From NCBI GenBank assembly GCA_963741205.1, contig CAVUHW010000010.1:96558-160557 (forward strand): a DNA stretch of 64,000 bases, read 5' to 3'. Positions 43,934-54,904 of the stretch are shown in pieces. The DNA comes from Nitrospirota bacterium. GTDB lineage: Bacteria > Nitrospirota > UBA9217. The translations under genes were made by a program, and so were the position numbers. The notes beneath the pieces are model-generated. The model was not told the DNA's origin, searched no databases, and saw only the letters and a program-made list of their open reading frames with translations. Positions within the stretch are counted from its first letter, which is position 1; every line of letters starts with the position of its first letter.

Positions 43934-46900
43934 GCGCGCGCTCGCAGGCGGCCGCGACGTTGGGCAGCTCGAGCGCGCGCGCCTCGGCCGCGGCCTCGGC
44001 CAGCAGGCCGGTGTCACACCGCAGCTCGCCCAGGCGGCGGGTGTCGCGGACCGCCCACACCGGCGCGCCCGCGCGGCGCGAGCGCGCGATCGCGTCCTCG
44101 TAGTGCGTCGCCGCCGCGGCGGCGTCGCCGAGCAGGTCGTCGAGGCGGCCGAGGACCGCGGAGACGGGGCCGATCATGTGCAGCGCGCGCGTCGAGCTGA
44201 CGATCCGGTCGGCGAACGGCGCACGCAGCTCGCAGAGCTCGGCGCCGAGGTCGCGATCGCGCAGCAGCCACGCGGCCTCGGCGAGCTCCTGGACCGCCGA
44301 GATCCAGTTCGTGTCGCGCGGCCAGGCGGACGGGCCGCCGGCGGCGCGGACGATCTCGATCTGGGCGCGCGCCTCGTCCTCGCGGCCGAGCGCGGCCAGC
44401 GTCCAGATGTAGGACTGGCGGTACGCCCACCCGGCGGGCGACGTGCGGATCCGCTCTTCGAGGAGGTCGAGCGGGACGTCCTCGAACGCCTCGTCGGCCA
44501 GCGCGCTCTGGAAGAAGCCGAGCCGTGACACCAGGACCGCGTTGCCGTCGCCGGCGCGGGTCGCCGAGCGCGACGGCCGCTCGAGCAGGCGGCGCGACTC
44601 GGCCCAGCGGCCCTGGAGCGAAGCGCGCATCGCGCGCCAGGCCGGCACGTACCAGCCGTAGACGGTGAGGCCGCTCGCCACGGCGGCGGCCGCGTAGGCG
44701 TCGAGCTCGGCGTCGAGCGCCGCGCCGTCGCCGAGCTCGGTGAGGTCGACGATCCGCCACGTGCGCGCCTGCAGCTCGAGCGCGGGGTCAGCCGCGCGGC
44801 GGGCGCGCGCGAGCATCTCGTCGGCCAGCGCGAGCCGCTCGTGCGTGTGCTCGGGGCCCCACAGAACGACGTGGCGGGCGCCGAGCGCCGCGGCCAGCGA
44901 GCGGTGGTCGTCCGAGCGCGCGCGCCTCCTCGACCGCGGCCGGCGCTCAGCCGCTCGCGCCGCTGATGGTCGGGCGCGTAGGCGAGCTCGATCGCGAGGC
45001 GCGCCTGCAGGCGGCGCGCGCAAGGGGGAGGGCCGGGGATCCAGCGTCGCGAGGGCCTCGTCGAGCGCCTCGACGCGCTCCTGGTCGACGCGCAGGATCG
45101 TCACGCCCGGCCCGGCCGCGCCGAGCGCGGTCCGCGCGAGCAGCTCGGCGTCGCCGCGCGCCCGCGCGCCGGCCGCCGCAGCCTCGAACGCGGCCCGGGC
45201 CTCGTCGGGGCGCTCGGCGGCGGCGAGCGCCTCGCCGAGCCGGCAGCGCAGCTCGTCGGCGAGGACGCTGTCGCCGGCGGCGGTGGCCCGCCCGAGCGCG
45301 CGCTCGAGCATCTCCGCCGCGGCGGCCGGCGCCGGTGCGAGCAGCGCCGCCCCGGCGCGGGCCGCCAGGTCGATCGCGTCCGCGGCCGCGAGCGGGGGAG
45401 ACCCGGCGAGCGCGTGCCGAGCGGCGGCGACCAGCGCCGTCTGGTCGCCGGCGTCCGCACGCCGGGCCAGCGCCCCGGCCGCGCGGGTGTGCAGGCGAGC
45501 CCGGTCGCCGGCGCCGAGCCCCTCGAGCAGCGCGTCCTGCACCAGCGCGTGAGCGAACGCGACCGCGGCCGCGCCGCTCCCGATCCACGAGGCCCGCGTG
45601 CTGCGCCGCGTCCAGCGCATCCAACGCGCCGAGCGGGTCGGTGCCGGCCACCTCGGCGGCGAGCTCGGCGTCGATCGTGCGGCCGAGCAGCGCGGCGGCA
45701 CGCAGGACCGCGAACGGCTCGGGTCCGAGCCGCTCGGCGCGCGCCGCGATCGCCTCGATGACGCGCGTCGGCGTGCGCTCGCCGCCCTCGGCCAGCAGGG
45801 CCTCGAGGAAGAACGGGTTGCCGGCGGTGCGGACGAGCAGGTCCTCGACGTCGGCATCGACTCCGCGATCGGCGGCGAACGCGCTCACCTCGCCGCGGCG
45901 CAGGCCCGCCAGATCGAGCCGGGCGAGCGGCAGCGCGCGGCCGAGGTCGTCGAGCGCCGCCCGCACCGGATGCGGCGGCGCCGGCCGCGCGGTGGCCAGG
46001 AGCAGCATGCGGGCCGCGGCCGGTTCGCGCCACGCGGACCAGCAGCCGCAAGGTCTCCGGGTCGGCCCACTGGAGGTCGTCGACGACGAGCAGCAGCGTC
46101 GCGCCGCCCGCGGCGCGCTCGAGCGCGTCGGCGAGGGCGTCGAGGCGGGCGAGCCGGGCGGCGCGCGGATCCGCGCCCGCCTCCATGGCCGGCGCCGGCG
46201 CGGCCCGGCCGGCGTCCGCGAGCGCGCCGAGGACGGGGGAGAGCGGCTCCGGCGCGTCCTCGTCGGCCACGGCGGCCAGCACCGCGCCGCCGCCCGCGTG
46301 GACCTCGGCGGCGAACGCTGCGGCCAGCCGCGTCTTGCCGATGCCGGGAGGCCCGGCGACGAGCGCTGCACGCCGCGCGCCGCCCGCGACCTCGCTCCAC
46401 GCGCCTTGCAGCCGCTCCAGCGCGTCCGCCCGGCCGACGAACGTACCCGCGAAGCGACCAGCCGCCAGCGATGTGGGGAAGGGCGGCCGCTCGTCGCCGG
46501 CGAGCGCCCCAGCCGCCGGCTCCGAGGTGTAGGACGGCCCGGTGGTCGGGGACGGGGTGCGGGCCGCAGACGCGGGGGCAGGCGGATCCGCTCCGCGCGG
46601 AGGCTGCGCGCCGACGCGGTGCGCCCCGCGGATCCGCTCGGCGAGCTCGCGCGTCGCCGTCGACGGCACCACCGCGAGCTCGCCCCGCAGGCGGACGGCC
46701 AGCCGCTCGTACTCCGACAGCGCGCCGCCGACGTCGCCCGCTGCCACGAGGTGGCGCATCAGCGCCCGGTGGGCGGGCTCGTCGAACTGGTCGAGCGCGG
46801 CTCGCCGGCGCGCGCAGCGGACCGCCTCGTCGCGGTCACCGCCGCGTGCGGCCTCCGTGGCAAGCCCGCCGAGCGCCGTGCCGCGCCGCTCGCGGTGCGC

Positions 46901-47302
46901 GTCGCGCGCCGCGACGGCCCACTCGTCCTGCAGACCGGGCAGCAGGTCGGCGTCGCCGAGCGCCAGCGCGGCCGCGAACTCACCGGCATCCACGAGCGCG
47001 GCGAACTCCAGCGCGTCGACCTGCACGTCATCGAGCCAGACCGCCTCGCGACCCGCCCCCAGCGCGCGCGCCGCCGGGCCGAGCGACCGGCGCAGCGCCG
47101 ACAGTGCGGTGCGCAGGCTCGCGCGTGCGCTCTGGTCGAGGACGTCGGGCCACAGGGCCGCGGCGACGTCCGCACGCGCCGAGCGGCCCGGGTGCAGCGC
47201 GAGCCAGGCGAGGAGGGCGCGGGCGGGGCGTCCGTCCGGCGGCAGGATCGCGCGCCCGCCGGTCTCGAGCCCGAGCTCTCCGATCAGCCGTACGCGCAGC
47301 AC
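43899..47302 (-). CDS. SARP/BTAD - AAA (STAND) - TPR transcriptional regulator; frameshifted
   Basis: wHTH/BTAD N-terminus, FVGR, GPPGIGKT, VDDLQWAD, TAGNPFF, helical C-terminus. Confidence 0.85.
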
Positions 47303-47405
47303 GGCGAGCGAGCGTAACCGGGCCCCGCGGCCGCGTCCACGGTGGCCCGGCACGGCTTGCGCATCGTTTGCGATCCGTTGACGCGCAGCGCGCAGGCTGC
47401 GCCGC

Positions 47406-47790
47406 ATGACTGCACACACCACATCCCCGGTGACCGCGGCCTCGATCGACGAGCTGCCGTCGCTGTTCGGCGGCGTGATCAAGCTCGCCCGCCGCGGTCT
47501 CGGCATCAGCGCGTTCGGCGTCCAGGTGCTCGACCTGCCGCCGGACTACGTGACCGACGCCCACGACGAGCGGCCGACCGGCCAGGAGGAGCTCTACGCG
47601 GTCCTCGACGGCGAGGGCTCGGTGCTGCTCGACGACGGCACCCGCCACCCGATCGACGCCGGCCATCTCGTGCGCGTGGCGCCCGAGGGATCGCGCCGCG
47701 CTGGCCGCGGGCCCGAACGGCGTCCGGGTCATGGTCGTCGGCGGCGTGCCCGGCGCCCCGTACGAGCCGCCCGCCTGGACCGAAGGCTGA
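47406..47790 (+). CDS. Cupin-domain protein; frameshift near 47700
   Basis: LGISAFG, HDE...QEELYAVL.G. Confidence 0.8.
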
Positions 47791-47794
47791 GGCG

Positions 47795-49021
47795 GTGGCG
47801 GCGAGCGCGACCGGCCGCTGGGACCTGCCGATCCTCGTGGCCGCCGTCGGCGTATCGGCCGGCGGGGACATCGCGGCGATCACGGCGCTGGCGGTGCACA
47901 TGCAGGCGACGACCGGCTCGGGCCTGCTCGTCGCCGCCGTGTTCGCGGCGAACTGGCTCGCGCTCGCCGCCGTCTCCCCGTGGGCCGGCCGGCTCGTCGA
48001 CCGGGTCGAGAGCCGGGCCGCGCTCGGCTGGGCGTCGCTGGCGCAGGCCGTCGTGGCGCTGGCGCTCGCGTTCACGCCCGGCGCGGGGCTGACCCTCGCC
48101 CTGGTCGCGCTGCTCGGCATCGGCGCCGCGGTGGCGGTGCCGGCGGAGTTCGCGCTCGTCGGCGTCGTCGGCGCCCGTGCCGGAGCGGCACGGGCCAACG
48201 GGCGCGTCGAGGCGGCGCGCTACGTCGGCTACACCGTTGGCCCGCTCGCCGGCGGCGCGCTCGCCGCCGCCGCCGGGACCGGTGGGGCGCTCCTCCTCGA
48301 CGCGGCAAGCTTCCTCGTGATCGTCGCCGGCGCCCTGGCGCTGCGAGCGCGCCGCCGGCCGGACGGGCCGGCCGGCGAGAGCGAGCGTGCCCGCGGAGGC
48401 CTGGCGCTGCTGGGCGCCGACCGGCAGCTGCGCCTGACGGTCGTGGTCCTCGTCGTCTCGCTGGTGGCGATGTCGGCGTCGATCACGGCCGACGTCTTCT
48501 TCGTGTCGACGACCCTCGGGGCCGGCTCGCTCGGACTGGGCCTGCTCTACACGTCCTGGACCGCCGGCATGGTCGCCGGCTCGCTCGGCGCCGCTCCGCG
48601 TGTCCCGGCCCGCGGGCTGGCGGTCGCCGCGATCTGCACCGCCGGCCTCCAGGGCACGAGCAAGGCGCTCGCCGCGGCGATCGCGGTGCTGCCGGCGGTG
48701 CTCGTCCTCTACGCGCTCGGCGGCGTCGTGCACGGGATCAAGAACGTGACCGCGCGAACGATGATCCACGAGCGCGTCCCCGCGAGCGCACACGGGCGCG
48801 CGTTCGCGGCCTACGCGGCCCTGCGCAACGGCGCGGAGCTGGCCGCGCTGGGGCTCGGCGGAGTGCTCGTCGACCTCGTCGGCGCGCGGGCGACGCTGGC
48901 CGTCGCCGGGGGAGGGACCGCGCTCGTCGCGCTCGCCGGGCTGCTGGTGCTGGCCGGGCGCCTCAGCCGTGGCGCCGCGCTCGGCGCTCGAGGCGCTCCT
49001 GGCGCCGCTCGGCGCGCGTGA
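47795..49021 (+). CDS. MFS transporter
   Basis: About 12 TM segments, AGRLVDR motif A, GP..GG. Confidence 0.85.
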   Translation: MAASATGRWDLPILVAAVGVSAGGDIAAITALAVHMQATTGSGLLVAAVFAANWLALAAVSPWAGRLVDRVESRAALGWASLAQAVVALALAFTPGAGLTLALVALLGIGAAVAVPAEFALVGVVGARAGAARANGRVEAARYVGYTVGPLAGGALAAAAGTGGALLLDAASFLVIVAGALALRARRRPDGPAGESERARGGLALLGADRQLRLTVVVLVVSLVAMSASITADVFFVSTTLGAGSLGLGLLYTSWTAGMVAGSLGAAPRVPARGLAVAAICTAGLQGTSKALAAAIAVLPAVLVLYALGGVVHGIKNVTARTMIHERVPASAHGRAFAAYAALRNGAELAALGLGGVLVDLVGARATLAVAGGGTALVALAGLLVLAGRLSRGAALGARGAPGAARRA

Positions 49022-49586
49022 GCCGCCGCCCGCGCCTGACGTCGCTGCCGCCCATGATCGACAGGATGCGGATACGGACCACCGGGCCGCCGGGATCGGG
49101 GTGTGACGGGCCGAGCTCCACGCTGTTGCCGCCCATGAACGCGAACTGCGACACCTCGACGTTGAGGCCGTCGGGGACGCGGATGTCAGTGCCGCCCATC
49201 AGCGAGAACACGGTGATCACGACCTCGTCGTCGGCCAGCTCGGCCTCGTGCAGGTCGAGATCGCTGCCGCCCATGATGTTGACGACCGTGAGGCGCGGCG
49301 CGATCCGCCAGTGGCCCTGGCGGTCGTGGCCGCCCATGATCGAGACGAGCCAGCGCGTGCCGCCCTCGCCGCGACGGACCGGGAGTCGGCCGGCCGGGCG
49401 CTCCCGAGCGGCCGGCAGGTCGGCGACGATCGGCACGAGCTCACCCTCCGTGCGCGCCGCGTAGGCCGCCTGCAGGCGCTCCTCGAGCTCGTCGACCGTG
49501 ATGCGGCCCTGGGACGCTGCCTGGCGCAGCTGCTCGGCGGCCTGCTCGCGGTCGTCGTCTGAAGCGCGGACGTCGGGGTCGGCCAT
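48963..49586 (-). CDS. DUF1707 (SHOCT-like) protein with LiaF/DUF2154-like C-terminus
   Basis: RASDDDRE, GRIT..E..ERL, repeated MGG. Confidence 0.85.
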   Translation of the reverse strand: MADPDVRASDDDREQAAEQLRQAASQGRITVDELEERLQAAYAARTEGELVPIVADLPAARERPAGRLPVRRGEGGTRWLVSIMGGHDRQGHWRIAPRLTVVNIMGGSDLDLHEAELADDEVVITVFSLMGGTDIRVPDGLNVEVSQFAFMGGNSVELGPSHPDPGGPVVRIRILSIMGGSDVRRGRRLTRAERRQERLERRARRHG

Positions 49587-49653
49587 CGGCTCCGCCAGCG
49601 TAACGCCCGGTATGGAAAGCTCCAGGGCTCCCCGGCAAACGGAGGTGCTGTCG

Positions 49654-50736
49654 ATGAAGCTCGAGCAGTCGTTCGAGGTGAAGGCTCCGATCGATCAGGT
49701 GTGGGACGTGCTCGTCGATCTCGAGCGCGTGGCGCCATGCCTTCCCGGCGCGGCGATCACCGAGCGCGACGACGAGGGCACCTATCACGGCACGTTCCAG
49801 GTCAAGCTCGGCCCGACGACCGCGGCCTACCGCGGCCAGATCCGCCTCGAGGACGTCGACAAGTCGACGCACACCGCGACGCTCAAGGCGCACGGCAGCG
49901 ACAAGCGCGGCCAGGGCGGCGCGAACGCGACGATCGTCAACAAGCTCTTCGAGATCGACGGCGGCACGCGCGTGGAGGCGCACACCGACTTCACGATCAC
50001 CGGCCGCCTGGCGCGCTTCGGCCGCGGCGGCATGATCGAGGACATCTCCAACCGCCTGATGCGCGAGTTCGCCGAGTGCCTGCAGACCGGGCTCACCGGT
50101 GACCCGACCGGTGCCACCGGCGAGGCGCACCGAGAGCCCGAGGCTGCTGCGGCCGCGCCTGCCGCCGACCCCACGCCCGCCGCCGACCCCGCCACTGCGG
50201 CCGCGCCCGACCCCGCCACTGCGGCCGCGCCCGACCCCACCCCTGCGGCCGCGCCCGACCCCACCCCTGCGGCCGCGCCCGACCCCACCCCCGCGGCCGC
50301 GCCCGACCCCACCCCTGCGGCCGCGCCCGACCCCACCCCCGCGGCCGCGCCCGACCCCACCCCCGCGGCCGAGCCCGGCGAGGGCGCGGTCTCGGGCGCC
50401 GAGCCGGCGCCGCCCGGCATGACGCCGGCGGAGGCGGCGGCCAGCGCCGCCGCCGAGGCGCGCCCCGAGGACAGCGCCGCCGAGGGCAAGTCGCCCGCCG
50501 AGGTGGGGCTGCAGCCGACGGCGGCCGAGCCCGGCCCCGGCCCGGCTGACCGCGAGTCGCCACCCGGCCCGGGACAGCCGGCGAGCGTCGCACCGCCGGC
50601 CGCCGCACCCGCGGACCGGCCCGCGGCCAAGCCGTTCACGCCGCCCGCGCCGGCGAAGCCGATCCACGGCATCCGCCTGTTCTTCAGCGTGCTGTGGGAG
50701 CGGATCCTGCGGCTGTTCCGGCGTCGCAAGAAGTAG
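49654..50736 (+). CDS. coxG: CoxG/SRPBCC protein with long Pro/Ala-rich tail
   Basis: APCLPGA, VKLGP, GRLARFGRG; amphipathic basic C-terminus. Confidence 0.88.
   Translation: MKLEQSFEVKAPIDQVWDVLVDLERVAPCLPGAAITERDDEGTYHGTFQVKLGPTTAAYRGQIRLEDVDKSTHTATLKAHGSDKRGQGGANATIVNKLFEIDGGTRVEAHTDFTITGRLARFGRGGMIEDISNRLMREFAECLQTGLTGDPTGATGEAHREPEAAAAAPAADPTPAADPATAAAPDPATAAAPDPTPAAAPDPTPAAAPDPTPAAAPDPTPAAAPDPTPAAAPDPTPAAEPGEGAVSGAEPAPPGMTPAEAAASAAAEARPEDSAAEGKSPAEVGLQPTAAEPGPGPADRESPPGPGQPASVAPPAAAPADRPAAKPFTPPAPAKPIHGIRLFFSVLWERILRLFRRRKK
50161..50364 (+). repeat. In-frame tandem repeat: 7 x 24 bp (AAAPDPTP/AT) preceded by 2 x 18-bp degenerate units
   Basis: GCGGCCGCGCCCGACCCC(A/G)CC(C/A)C(T/C) from 50197 to 50364. 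Confidence 0.95.
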
Positions 50737-50820
50737 CGCGCACCCGCCGCCCGGCGGGCCGGCCGTCAGAGGAGCGCAGCGAGGTCTCAAGGCTCGTTCG
50801 GCGGGGCCGATTCCCCACTG

Positions 50821-53475
50821 GTGAGCAAGTTCCAGGGGAAGGTCGAGAAGCGCCCCGGTCGGCTGGTGACAGCCTCGGCCGGCCTGACGCTGCTCCTGCT
50901 CGTCTGGACCGCCGCGAACTGGACCGCCGAGCGGGGACCGGTCGTCCTCGGCTGGATCCCCTCGTGGCTGGCGCTCTGCGTGGCCGCGGCCGCGTTCCAC
51001 CGCGCCGCCACGGCCCCCGGGCTGCCCGCCGCGGGGCGCCGCTTCTGGAACCAGCTCATCGTCTGCGTGGGATTCGTCATGGTCGCGACCACGATCCAGG
51101 CCGTCGGGCAGATCCTCCATCCCGAGCTGCCGGGCACCCACATGCCGCTCGGCACGCTGCTGGCCGACGGCGGCGAGGCGATCGTGATGCTGTGGGCCCT
51201 GATCCGCCTGCCGGTCGGGCGGCGCACGCGACCCGAGTGGATGCGCCTCGCGCTCGACGGGGCGGCGGTCGCCCTCAGCGCGACGATGTTCATCTGGTAC
51301 TTCACGGCGCCGACGCTCGTCGCCGACGGCCGCGCCGCCGCGTGGGCCGATCTGTCGCTCGCGGCGATGACGCTCGCCGCGGTCCTCGCGCTCGCCAAGG
51401 TCGTGCTCACCGGAACCGGTCCCGTCGACAGCCGCGCGCTGCGCATCCTCGCCGGCACGCTGCTCGTCGGCGGCTTCTCGGCCGCGCTCACGCCGCTGCT
51501 CGAGGCGCGGCCGCAGATCGGCAGCGCGCAGCTGATCGTCCCCGTCTGCGTGCTCTTCGCCGTCCTCGCGGCCGAGCGCCAGCGGCGCGCCGCCGCCGCC
51601 GCCGGCGAGGGAGGCTCGCGCGCGGGCCGGAGCCGCCGCTACAGCCTGCTCCCGTATGGCGCGGTTGCCGCGACGGACGCGCTGCTGGTGGCCGTCGCCG
51701 CCGCACGGCTGGAGGGACGCGCGTTCCTGGTCGTCGTCTGCGCCGTCGCGCTGACGGTGCTCGTCGCCGTCCGCCAGCTCGCCGCCCTGCGCGAGAACCA
51801 CGGCCTGCTCGAGGAGCTGGGCCGGCACGAGCGGCGCTTCCGCTCGCTCGTCCAGATGAACTCGGACATCATCACCGTCACGCGCCTCGACGGCTCGGTC
51901 GCCTACGTGAGCCCGGCGATCACGAGCGCCCTCGGCTTCGCGCCGGAGGATTTCGTCGATCGCACCCACCCGCTGCACCCGGAGGACGCCGCGCGCGTCG
52001 GCCCGATGCTGGCCGAGCTGCGCAACCGTCCCGGGGACACGATCCGCTTCGAGACGCGCATGCAGCACGCCGACGGCTCCTGGCGCTGGCTCGACGTCAC
52101 GAGCACGAACCTGCTCGACGACTCGAGCGTCGGCGGCCTCGTGCACAACGCGCGCGACATCACGGAGTCGCGCGGCTACCGCGAGCGCCTGCGCCACCGC
52201 GCGTCGCACGACGCGCTGACCGAGCTGGCCAACCGCAGCGCGTTCGGCGAGCGCCTGGGGGCCGCGCTGGCCGCCGGCGAGCAACGTCTGGCCGTGCTGC
52301 TGATCGACCTCGACGACTTCAAGATCGTCAACGACACGCTCGGCCACGAGGTCGGCGACGGCGTGCTCGTCGCGGCCGCCGGGCGCGTGCTGCGCTGCGT
52401 GCGCCCCGAGGACACCGTCGCGCGGCTCGGCGGCGACGAGTTCGCAGTGCTGCTGCGCGACGTCGACTGCGCCCGGGTGCACGAGATCGCCGAGCGCATC
52501 GGCGCGAGCCTCGGCCAGCCGATCGTCACGCACGGCCACACGCTGCTCGTCCAGGCCAGCATCGGCATCGCGCCCGCGACGCCGGGCCACCACGCCGACG
52601 AGATCCTGCGCCACGCCGACATCGCGATGTACGAGGCCAAGGCGGGCGGCAAGGCGCGCTTCGCCGAGTACGCGCCGGCGATGGGCGACCGCATCCTCGA
52701 GCACGCGGCGCTCGGCGCCGAGCTGCGCGAGGCGCTGGCACGCGAGCAGTTGCACGTCGTCTACCAGCCGGTCGTCGAGCTCCCGGGCGGGTCGCCGGTG
52801 GGCGTCGAGGCGCTCGTGCGCTGGACGCATCCGACGCGCGGTCTGATCTCCCCGGCGGAGTTCATCCCGGCGGCCGAGCGCACGGGCCTGATCGTCCCGC
52901 TGGGCATGTGGGTGCTGCGCCGCGCGCTGAGCGAGTGCAAGGCGTGGATCCACGCGCACCCGCGGACGCGCCTGGCCGTCAACGTCGCGGCGCGCCAGCT
53001 CCAGGAGCCCGACTTCGCCGAGCACGTCGGCCGCGCCCTGTCGGACGCCGGCGTGGCCCCCGAGCGCCTGCTGCTCGAGGTCACCGAGAGCGCCGTGCTC
53101 GAGGGCCGCCGCGCCCTGGACGCGCTGGAGGCCCTGGAGCGCCTCGGCGTGTGGATCGCGCTCGACGACTTCGGCACGGGCCAGTCCTCGCTCGGCCTGC
53201 TGCGCACCTGCCCGGTGAACGTCATCAAGCTCGACAAGTCCTTCGTCGACGAGGTAACGACGTCCGACCAGCGCGCCGCGGTCGCCACCGCCGTCCTGCA
53301 GATGGCCGACGCGCTCGGGCTGATCGCCGTCGCCGAGGGCATCGAGACCGAGGCGCAGGCGGCCAAGCTCGCCGCGATCGGCTACCGGCGCGCGCAGGGC
53401 TACCACTTCGCGCGGCCGCTGCCGGCCGCCGAGCTGCCGGCCGTCAGCGGCGTGGCGCCGAGCTTGCCGCGCTAG
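50821..53475 (+). CDS. Membrane-bound PAS-GGDEF-EAL diguanylate cyclase/phosphodiesterase
   Basis: TM N-terminus, PAS, DLDDFK, RPED I-site, GGDEF, EALVRW, DDFGTG. Confidence 0.95.
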   Translation: MSKFQGKVEKRPGRLVTASAGLTLLLLVWTAANWTAERGPVVLGWIPSWLALCVAAAAFHRAATAPGLPAAGRRFWNQLIVCVGFVMVATTIQAVGQILHPELPGTHMPLGTLLADGGEAIVMLWALIRLPVGRRTRPEWMRLALDGAAVALSATMFIWYFTAPTLVADGRAAAWADLSLAAMTLAAVLALAKVVLTGTGPVDSRALRILAGTLLVGGFSAALTPLLEARPQIGSAQLIVPVCVLFAVLAAERQRRAAAAAGEGGSRAGRSRRYSLLPYGAVAATDALLVAVAAARLEGRAFLVVVCAVALTVLVAVRQLAALRENHGLLEELGRHERRFRSLVQMNSDIITVTRLDGSVAYVSPAITSALGFAPEDFVDRTHPLHPEDAARVGPMLAELRNRPGDTIRFETRMQHADGSWRWLDVTSTNLLDDSSVGGLVHNARDITESRGYRERLRHRASHDALTELANRSAFGERLGAALAAGEQRLAVLLIDLDDFKIVNDTLGHEVGDGVLVAAAGRVLRCVRPEDTVARLGGDEFAVLLRDVDCARVHEIAERIGASLGQPIVTHGHTLLVQASIGIAPATPGHHADEILRHADIAMYEAKAGGKARFAEYAPAMGDRILEHAALGAELREALAREQLHVVYQPVVELPGGSPVGVEALVRWTHPTRGLISPAEFIPAAERTGLIVPLGMWVLRRALSECKAWIHAHPRTRLAVNVAARQLQEPDFAEHVGRALSDAGVAPERLLLEVTESAVLEGRRALDALEALERLGVWIALDDFGTGQSSLGLLRTCPVNVIKLDKSFVDEVTTSDQRAAVATAVLQMADALGLIAVAEGIETEAQAAKLAAIGYRRAQGYHFARPLPAAELPAVSGVAPSLPR

Positions 53476-53571
53476 TCAAACCCGTTGTCGCTGTGTGCGA
53501 TGGTGCGCGCACTAGTATCCGGCTCACCGCGCATCACCGGGGACGCGCGTCACGCGACAGGGGAGACCGAG

Positions 53572-54405
53572 ATGCAGGCACAGCCAGGCGAATCCGTTCG
53601 CGACCGGGCACCGACCCGGCGCAAGGCGCTGATCCTCGCAATCGCGGGTGCGGTCGGCCTTGGAGCGATGATCGCGCCGGGGGCGTCGGCGGATCCGGCC
53701 CAGATCGGCGCGATCCATACGGACCATCCACCCGCGATCGAGTTCCCGAACAACGATGTGGCCTCGGGTGCCGGTGCGAATGCCGTCGTCAGCGACATCC
53801 CGGACGGGCTCTGGAATCGGATGACCGGCTACTCGTGGACTTCGGGTTGTCCCATCGGGCGGTCCGAGCTCAAGCTCGTCCGCGTCAACTTCTGGGGCTT
53901 CGACGGGGTGCGGTCGCGTGGCGCGCTCGTGGTGCGTCAAGGCCAGGGTGACAACGTCTCCCGCATCTTCGCGACGCTGTACGACCAGGGGTTCCGCATC
54001 CGGCGGATGGAGCCCATGGCCGATCAGTTCGGGAAGACGACTCGCGACGGAGTGACCTACCCCGGATCCGACGACGACGAGGCGATGCGAAAGGACAACA
54101 CGTCCGCCTTCAACTGCCGGTACAAGACCTTCGACGAGAACGAACACGTCTGGTCGCCGCATCGCTGTGGCGCCGCGATCGACATCAACCCGTGGGAGAA
54201 CCCCGAGGAGGAGTTCGACAACGGCGTGTTGCAGGGTCATCACCCGAACGCCTACCACTTCGAACATCGCGCGGGGTACGGGAAGTTCACGCGTGGGGAC
54301 CCCCAGGTCACCGCTCTCGCGAACAACGGCTACGGCACATGGGGCGGAGACTGGAACGAGACCGACTTCATGCACTTCCAGAACGAGGGGGCCTCGAGCT
54401 GCTAG
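53572..54405 (+). CDS. Secreted M15-family D-Ala-D-Ala carboxypeptidase-like peptidase
   Basis: Signal peptide, NTSAFNCR, S.H..G.AIDINP, WGG.W, D.MHF. Confidence 0.85.
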   Translation: MQAQPGESVRDRAPTRRKALILAIAGAVGLGAMIAPGASADPAQIGAIHTDHPPAIEFPNNDVASGAGANAVVSDIPDGLWNRMTGYSWTSGCPIGRSELKLVRVNFWGFDGVRSRGALVVRQGQGDNVSRIFATLYDQGFRIRRMEPMADQFGKTTRDGVTYPGSDDDEAMRKDNTSAFNCRYKTFDENEHVWSPHRCGAAIDINPWENPEEEFDNGVLQGHHPNAYHFEHRAGYGKFTRGDPQVTALANNGYGTWGGDWNETDFMHFQNEGASSC

Positions 54406-54424
54406 CCCGGCCGCGCCTGATCCC

Positions 54425-54904
54425 TCAGGGCGCGTAGCGATCGTCGCTGCGGACCTCGTGGACGCGCTCACCGAGGCGCTCGAACCAGCCGGATCGGGCG
54501 CCTTCGCGGGCGTCGAACAGCGGCACGTAGGGCTTGACGTCGAGCACCGGCGTGCCGTCGAGGAGGTCGATCCCGCGGATGTGCAGGACGCCGTCCGCGA
54601 TGGCCACGAGCTCGACGAGGGAGAGCCCGATCGGGTTCGGGTGCCGCGGCGAGCGCGTCGCCAGCACGCCGCGCGAGGTGGTGTCGAGGAACGGCACCAC
54701 CTCGGGCTTCCAGCCGTCGACCAGGTGCAGGTGCACGATCAGCCACAGGTGCGAGAAGCCGTCGATGTCGCGCAGCGCGCCGTGCACCTCGGGCGCGAGC
54801 TCGACGCGTGCCTCGACCTCCGGCGCGGCGACGGTCTGCAGCGGCATGCCGTCGAGCGAGCCGTACGGGCTGCGCACGACGCCGATCGGGTCGTAGGCGA
54901 TCAC
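54425..54904 (-). CDS. tsaA: TrmO/TsaA (YaeB)-family SAM-binding protein
   Basis: PIGVVRSP, GFSH.W, GV.ATRSP.HPNPIG, DGTPVLD.KPY. Confidence 0.88.
   Translation of the reverse strand: MIAYDPIGVVRSPYGSLDGMPLQTVAAPEVEARVELAPEVHGALRDIDGFSHLWLIVHLHLVDGWKPEVVPFLDTTSRGVLATRSPRHPNPIGLSLVELVAIADGVLHIRGIDLLDGTPVLDVKPYVPLFDAREGARSGWFERLGERVHEVRSDDRYAP

Noticed and set aside
50161-50364. CRISPR array
   Set aside because: Units are contiguous with no spacers, in frame within coxG, and no cas genes are present
49441-53406. 1321-aa minus-strand ORF and many similar long overlapping ORFs in the high-GC half
   Set aside because: Antisense or alternate-frame shadows of real genes, caused by stop-codon scarcity at high GC
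50821-53475. Hypr-type cGAMP synthase partnering the putative riboswitch
   Set aside because: Retains the Asp in GHEVGD (canonical c-di-GMP specificity) and lies across the chimeric junction
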